DNA from: Octopus sinensis
Lineage: Eukaryota
Length of the DNA: 64,000 nt
NCBI RefSeq assembly: GCF_006345805.1
Contig: NC_042997.1
Coordinates: 138,074,001 to 138,138,000 of the forward strand
Direction: 5' to 3'
In this document: piece after piece, positions 60,401-64,000 of the stretch
Numbering within the stretch: position 1 is the first letter of the stretch
Layout: every line of letters starts with the position of its first letter
Translations under genes and position numbers: made by a program
Notes under the pieces: model-generated
Databases searched by the model: none
What the model saw: the letters and a program-made list of their open reading frames with translations, nothing else
Told to the model about the DNA's origin: nothing

Positions 60401-63400
60401 CACTGTCTTTGGAACTTATTCCTGTGGCTTCCCATCACCATCTTTTCAATTATTGCATTTATCCTTCCAAGATTTCTTTTGAGCTCTTCAACTTGATTTT
60501 CATATCTCCATTTCTATCATAGGCCTTTCATCCTTGCCTTTCCTTGACTTACAGCCCCCAAGAATTTCTACAGTAACAGAGGCTGTGCAGAATATGAGGT
60601 CATTTAATTCTGTTATATTTTCAACATAGAAAAGTTAACAAGTTGTCCAGCTTCTTTACTATTTCACATAGTTATTCTGTTTTAATTCCTCTCAATGATA
60701 GTAGTCTTTTTCTTTCACCACTCCATGTCTCATTTAGCCATTAAGTAGGCTCCTTTTCTCCTCTGTAGCATCCTTTTCTTCTACAAAGTAAATTTTGTTT
60801 TCATCCTGGCTATTATTTCTCCCCTCAGGATTTCTTGGATTCTTTGTTATTTCTTGTTTAATCTCCTTTTCTTCCACATAGCCATATCTTCAACTTCTGG
60901 AGATCTCTTCCAGCTCCAACTCAGGATAGCCACTGTCTTTTCAAAATTAAATTTTTCTAGTCTAAAAGTTTTTGTTATGTTATTGGAACATGTCATTCTC
61001 TAACCATATTTTACCCACCCTTTTCCTGTATCCTATTTTAGCAGGCTCACTTCCAATGACATTTCATTACGGTTCTTTTGTCATTCTGAGACCATCTTCT
61101 CTTAATCTTTTCAGAAGTAGTTAAATAATAACCAGGTCCATTCTGCTGTGTAGTGGAACATTTGCCATATGAGAATCCTATACTTGGGATCTGGTTACAT
61201 TAATTCCGTTGTGATAATATTCAGTTATTTGGATAGGATAGTAGTGTTAAAGTGTCACAACTATCTGTGCTTTTAATTGAGATGCCATTTTTAGAGGTTG
61301 CCAGCCAAGGCTAAAGAAACTCTCTGCCTTTTGTGGTAGACCTAGCTCTGAAAAGATGACTCTTCTGAGGGTACATTATTGCTACTATCATGAGCTGATA
61401 GTACAGTGTACAAAAGTTAATCATGATAATAAAACAGGGTTCATCAGCAACAATACTAATTGCTTGCGCCAAAATTTGAAACCATTAGGTGAATTGTTAG
61501 CACACTGGGCAAATGGCTTTGGAATTTTGTCTGTCTTTGCATTCTGAGTTCAAATTTCACTGAGGTTGACCTTACCTTTCATCCTTTTGGGGTCAATAAA
61601 ATAAAATACTAGTAAAGCGCTGGAGTCAATGTCATTAACTTACCCCTTCTCTTGAAATTACTGAACTTGTGCCAAAATCTGAAACCATCATCATTATTAT
61701 TATTAAGGTGGCGAGCTGGGCAAAATGCTTAGCAGCATTTCATCCATCTTTATGTTCAGAGTTCAAATGTGTTGACATCGACTTTGCCTTTCAACCTTTC
61801 AGGGTTGATAAAATAAGTACCAGTCTAGCACTGGGTTTGATGATATCGACTTACTCCTTCCCCTAAAATTGTTGAACTTGTGCTAAAATTTGAATCCATT
61901 ATTACTATTATGATTATTATTAAGTGTATAAACATTGGAATTGGCAGAACTGTTAGGGATTGGACAAACTGCTTAAATTTGCAGCCTTGTGTCTATGTTG
62001 GAAATGGCTATTATGAAGTACTAGCTTAAAAGCTGCACTCTGTGTGAACTTTTAAGCTAGCTCCTGTGGAGGGCTAATTGGGCTTGTGACCCAGAATTAA
62101 AGAGAGCAATAATAATAAATAATTTATTGGTACCCTGCCAAAATGGTATTGCTTTAAATTCAGTTTAAATGAAAAACTTCTAAGTTCACAAATTTTTGGA
62201 ATTCTATTAAAATTTGAATTTTCAACTGTTAGTGTATAACAAATCCTCATTCAGATCTGATCCCAATGCTGGATGTTCAAGAACTATATGAAGGGCAGTT
62301 TTCAATCCCAGGGTCATCCTGACTCCAAAAGGTTTATGTCTGTGTAGAGCAAATGTAGGCTGAGGTACAGGGGTCCCAGACAGACAGACAGAATTTCGTG
62401 TTTATTATTTTACATTTGGTCCTGGTACCAAGATGCTTATAATTTTTGTAGTACCAATTGTCATCACTATCATTGTTGTGGAAACTAATTTTAAAGGAAT
62501 ACATTAAATGTTAACACCAGAAATGGTATCTCACAATAATTTGTTAAGAGCATAGAAAGTGAATATCTTTCTTGAGTTATTAATTTTAGCTAAACTTCAT
62601 CCATAATCCCTCTATTCATACTTCAAGTAGCAAAATAATGAATTGCTGTAAGATATATAGGATTACTTAGTGTTTCCTTGCTATTGTTTAGCCCTAGCTT
62701 AGCCTGAGTAGATCTACAACCAAAGATATTTCAGTTATCTTTTTGTTCAGACGTAATTTACCTCAGACTACAGTGCCCTTTGTCTTTTCCTTTTCTTTTT
62801 TAAACAGTTAGGTTTAGATGATGGAAATTTAGCTCCTATTTCTGGCTGGTCAACTGATGACTTAGAGGCGTCCTTAGTGACTAATATGTGTTTGGTACAG
62901 TTATAGTGTATTGATTGTGATGGCTTAGGTTCAATTTCTGGGCAAGTTAAAAATGTAGCTTCTTGGATGTTATCTGATCTCATAAAGCTGCTTTTTATTC
63001 AGTTTTTTCAAAGAAACTAATTAAATAATATTGATTTCAAATTTTGCTACAAGGCCAGCATTTTCATGGGAGAGGGTAAGTTGATTACATCGACTCTCAA
63101 TGCTCAACAGGTACTTATTTTATTGACTCTGAGAGGATGAAAGGTAAAATTAACCTCAGCAGAATTTGAACTCAGTACATAAAGACAGATGATATACTGC
63201 TAAGCATTTTGCCAGGTGTGCTAACGATTCTACCAGCTTGCTGTATTAACTAATAAAATATTAAATGATATTAATAGCAGTTATATTTAAAAAGGAAAAG
63301 TTGTTTTAAACTTTTGAACTATAATTGTTAGTTTCTTTTTTAAATATTGCTATTCAGATGCTGTAATTTATCTGTGTAGGACTGCAAAATATTTCCATAT

Positions 63401-63645
63401 AAAAACTGTTGTTGACATAAATACCAGAGACATCTTGCATTATATTTTCAGGTAGTCCATTGGATACGTCATTTAAAATGTTACACGAGGCTGAAGAAAA
63501 ATTGAAGACCATTGTGCGCAATAAATTCGATGCTTCTGTTCATTCAGGTGATGTTGCATCTGTTGAACGATTCTTCAAAATTTTCCCTCTTCTACGTTTA
63601 CATGAAGAAGGTTTAACCAAATTTGGAAAATACTTAGCTGCCCAG
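48351..63645 (+). CDS. COG4: Conserved oligomeric Golgi complex subunit 4, multi-exon CDS, 3'-partial (continues right of window)
   Basis: Six GT-AG exons (111+83+115+102+73+194 nt = 226 codons, phases consistent) give motifs typical of the COG4 N-terminus: [50 protein letters not shown]. Confidence 0.96.
50420..50748 (-). mobile_element. tRNA-derived SINE with Nin/Deu-like domain
   Basis: Minus strand: head GCCTTAGTGGTTAGGG.., then GTTGCTCCAGTGCACTCAGCAGGCAAAAATGAGTA. Confidence 0.45.
51966..54115 (-). mobile_element. 5'-truncated RTE-clade (RTE-X-like) LINE with internal RT deletion
   Basis: [15 protein letters not shown]..; [23 protein letters not shown]; [23 protein letters not shown] joined directly to VLIAE..GLKVNL..TKV; Cys-rich segment; C-terminus; family A UTR and tail; many stops and frameshifts. 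Confidence 0.88.
55339..55421 (+). CDS. COG4: COG4 coding exon 2
   Basis: [27 protein letters not shown](L); catttcag| ... |gtgagt; 83 nt. Confidence 0.93.
55453..56005. mobile_element. Degenerate TIR element with TTAA flanks (Kolobok- or piggyBac-like)
   Basis: TTAA|GATGGAATTCTGGTTTAAGCAC.. versus ..GTGCCTAAACCAGAGTTCCACCTCTT|TTAA; ~130 bp imperfect inverted arms. Confidence 0.45.
56274..56620 (-). mobile_element. RTE 3' UTR fragment (family A)
   Basis: Same tail and body motifs as other copies. Further copies near 2846, 10745, 18863, 54465, 57525 and 63764. Confidence 0.7.
56842..57070 (+). mobile_element. Young SINE family C copy with a distinct 3' tail
   Basis: AAGGCGGCGAGCTGGCAGAAAC..GAGTTCAAATTCCGCCGAGGTCGACTTTGCC..GGGGTCGATAAATT; CpGs intact; tail ..GCCCCTTGTGGGCAATAAAGAAATA differs from other C copies. 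Confidence 0.8.
57361..57475 (+). CDS. COG4: COG4 coding exon 3
   Basis: [38 protein letters not shown]; tatttcag| ... |gtgagt; 115 nt. Confidence 0.96.
57904..58005 (+). CDS. COG4: COG4 coding exon 4
   Basis: [34 protein letters not shown]; ctttcag| ... |gtatga; 102 nt. Confidence 0.96.
60108..60180 (+). CDS. COG4: COG4 coding exon 5
   Basis: [24 protein letters not shown]; gttttag| ... |gtaaga; 73 nt. Confidence 0.94.
60400..61240 (-). mobile_element. Degraded non-LTR retrotransposon fragment (R4/Dong-like N-terminal region)
   Basis: Minus strand: [23 protein letters not shown] (~60625-60557), then [19 protein letters not shown] after a frameshift; family assignment from memory. Confidence 0.45.
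61485..61900 (+). mobile_element. Two tandem SINE family C copies
   Basis: Repeated GAGTTCAAAT B-box and CTTT.C..TTTCA.CCTTT..GGG motifs; (ATT)n spacer. Confidence 0.75.
62030..62405 (+). mobile_element. Family F repeat, full-length
   Basis: Colinear with 27636-27990; ends GGGGTCCCAGACAGACAGACAGAATTTCGTGTTTATT. Confidence 0.6.
63452..63645 (+). CDS. COG4: COG4 coding exon 6
   Basis: [65 protein letters not shown]; attttcag| ... |gtgagt; 194 nt. Confidence 0.97.
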
Positions 63646-64000
63646 GTGAGTGATTACTGTTAATATTTAGCACAAAACGAAGTTTCATGTTAAATGTGAA
63701 CAGTTGAAGAATATATGACTACTGGAACCTGTATATATTCTTCCATAGATTATTCCAGTATGTCATCATCATCATTTAATGTCTGCTTTCCATGCTGGTT
63801 TGAATGGAACTGGTAAGCTGGAGAGCTGCACCATGTTCTAGTCTTATTTGGCATGGTTTCTACAGCTAGATGCCCTTCCTAATGCCAACCACTCCAAGAG
63901 TCTTATGGGTGCTTTTTATGTGCCACAGTCATGGGTGCTATTTACATGATACCAGCAATACCACGACTATGATCTTACAGGTGCCATTTACATGACACTG

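Noticed and set aside
1-64000. CRISPR arrays, prokaryotic operons, rRNA, U12-type introns
   Set aside because: The sequence is eukaryotic with no repeat-spacer arrays or rRNA motifs; all identified introns are GT-AG without the GTATCCTT U12 donor.

Overview
AT-rich eukaryotic genomic DNA with many introns and repeats. The repeat families, microsatellites and protein sequences suggest a cephalopod, most likely Octopus (inference). Two housekeeping genes lie head-to-head. SF3B3 (U2 snRNP/SF3b subunit 3) is on the minus strand: 21 GT-AG coding exons from ATG 29872 down to 1155 give 984 codons in one continuous frame, and the 3' end lies left of the window. COG4 is on the plus strand: 6 coding exons from ATG 48351 to 63645 give 226 codons, continuing to the right. 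The same divergent pair is adjacent in human. Here the two likely promoters appear as separate CpG-retaining zones (~37.9-38.7 kb and ~48.3-50.2 kb) with about 10 kb of transposon-rich DNA between them. That interval holds foldback MITEs carrying telomere-type repeats, a dead mariner, an LTR-like segment and a hAT MITE. Introns contain RTE-LINE 3' ends, several tRNA-derived SINE families, piggyBac-, mariner- and Helitron-like non-autonomous elements and microsatellites. The most notable signal is a tRNA-headed short element whose body carries a minimal Penelope-type hammerhead ribozyme motif (3 copies) and which sits in head-to-head inverted arrangements. All calls were made by eye. Exon boundaries were checked by translation and phase; repeat boundaries are approximate and the family labels A-H are my own.
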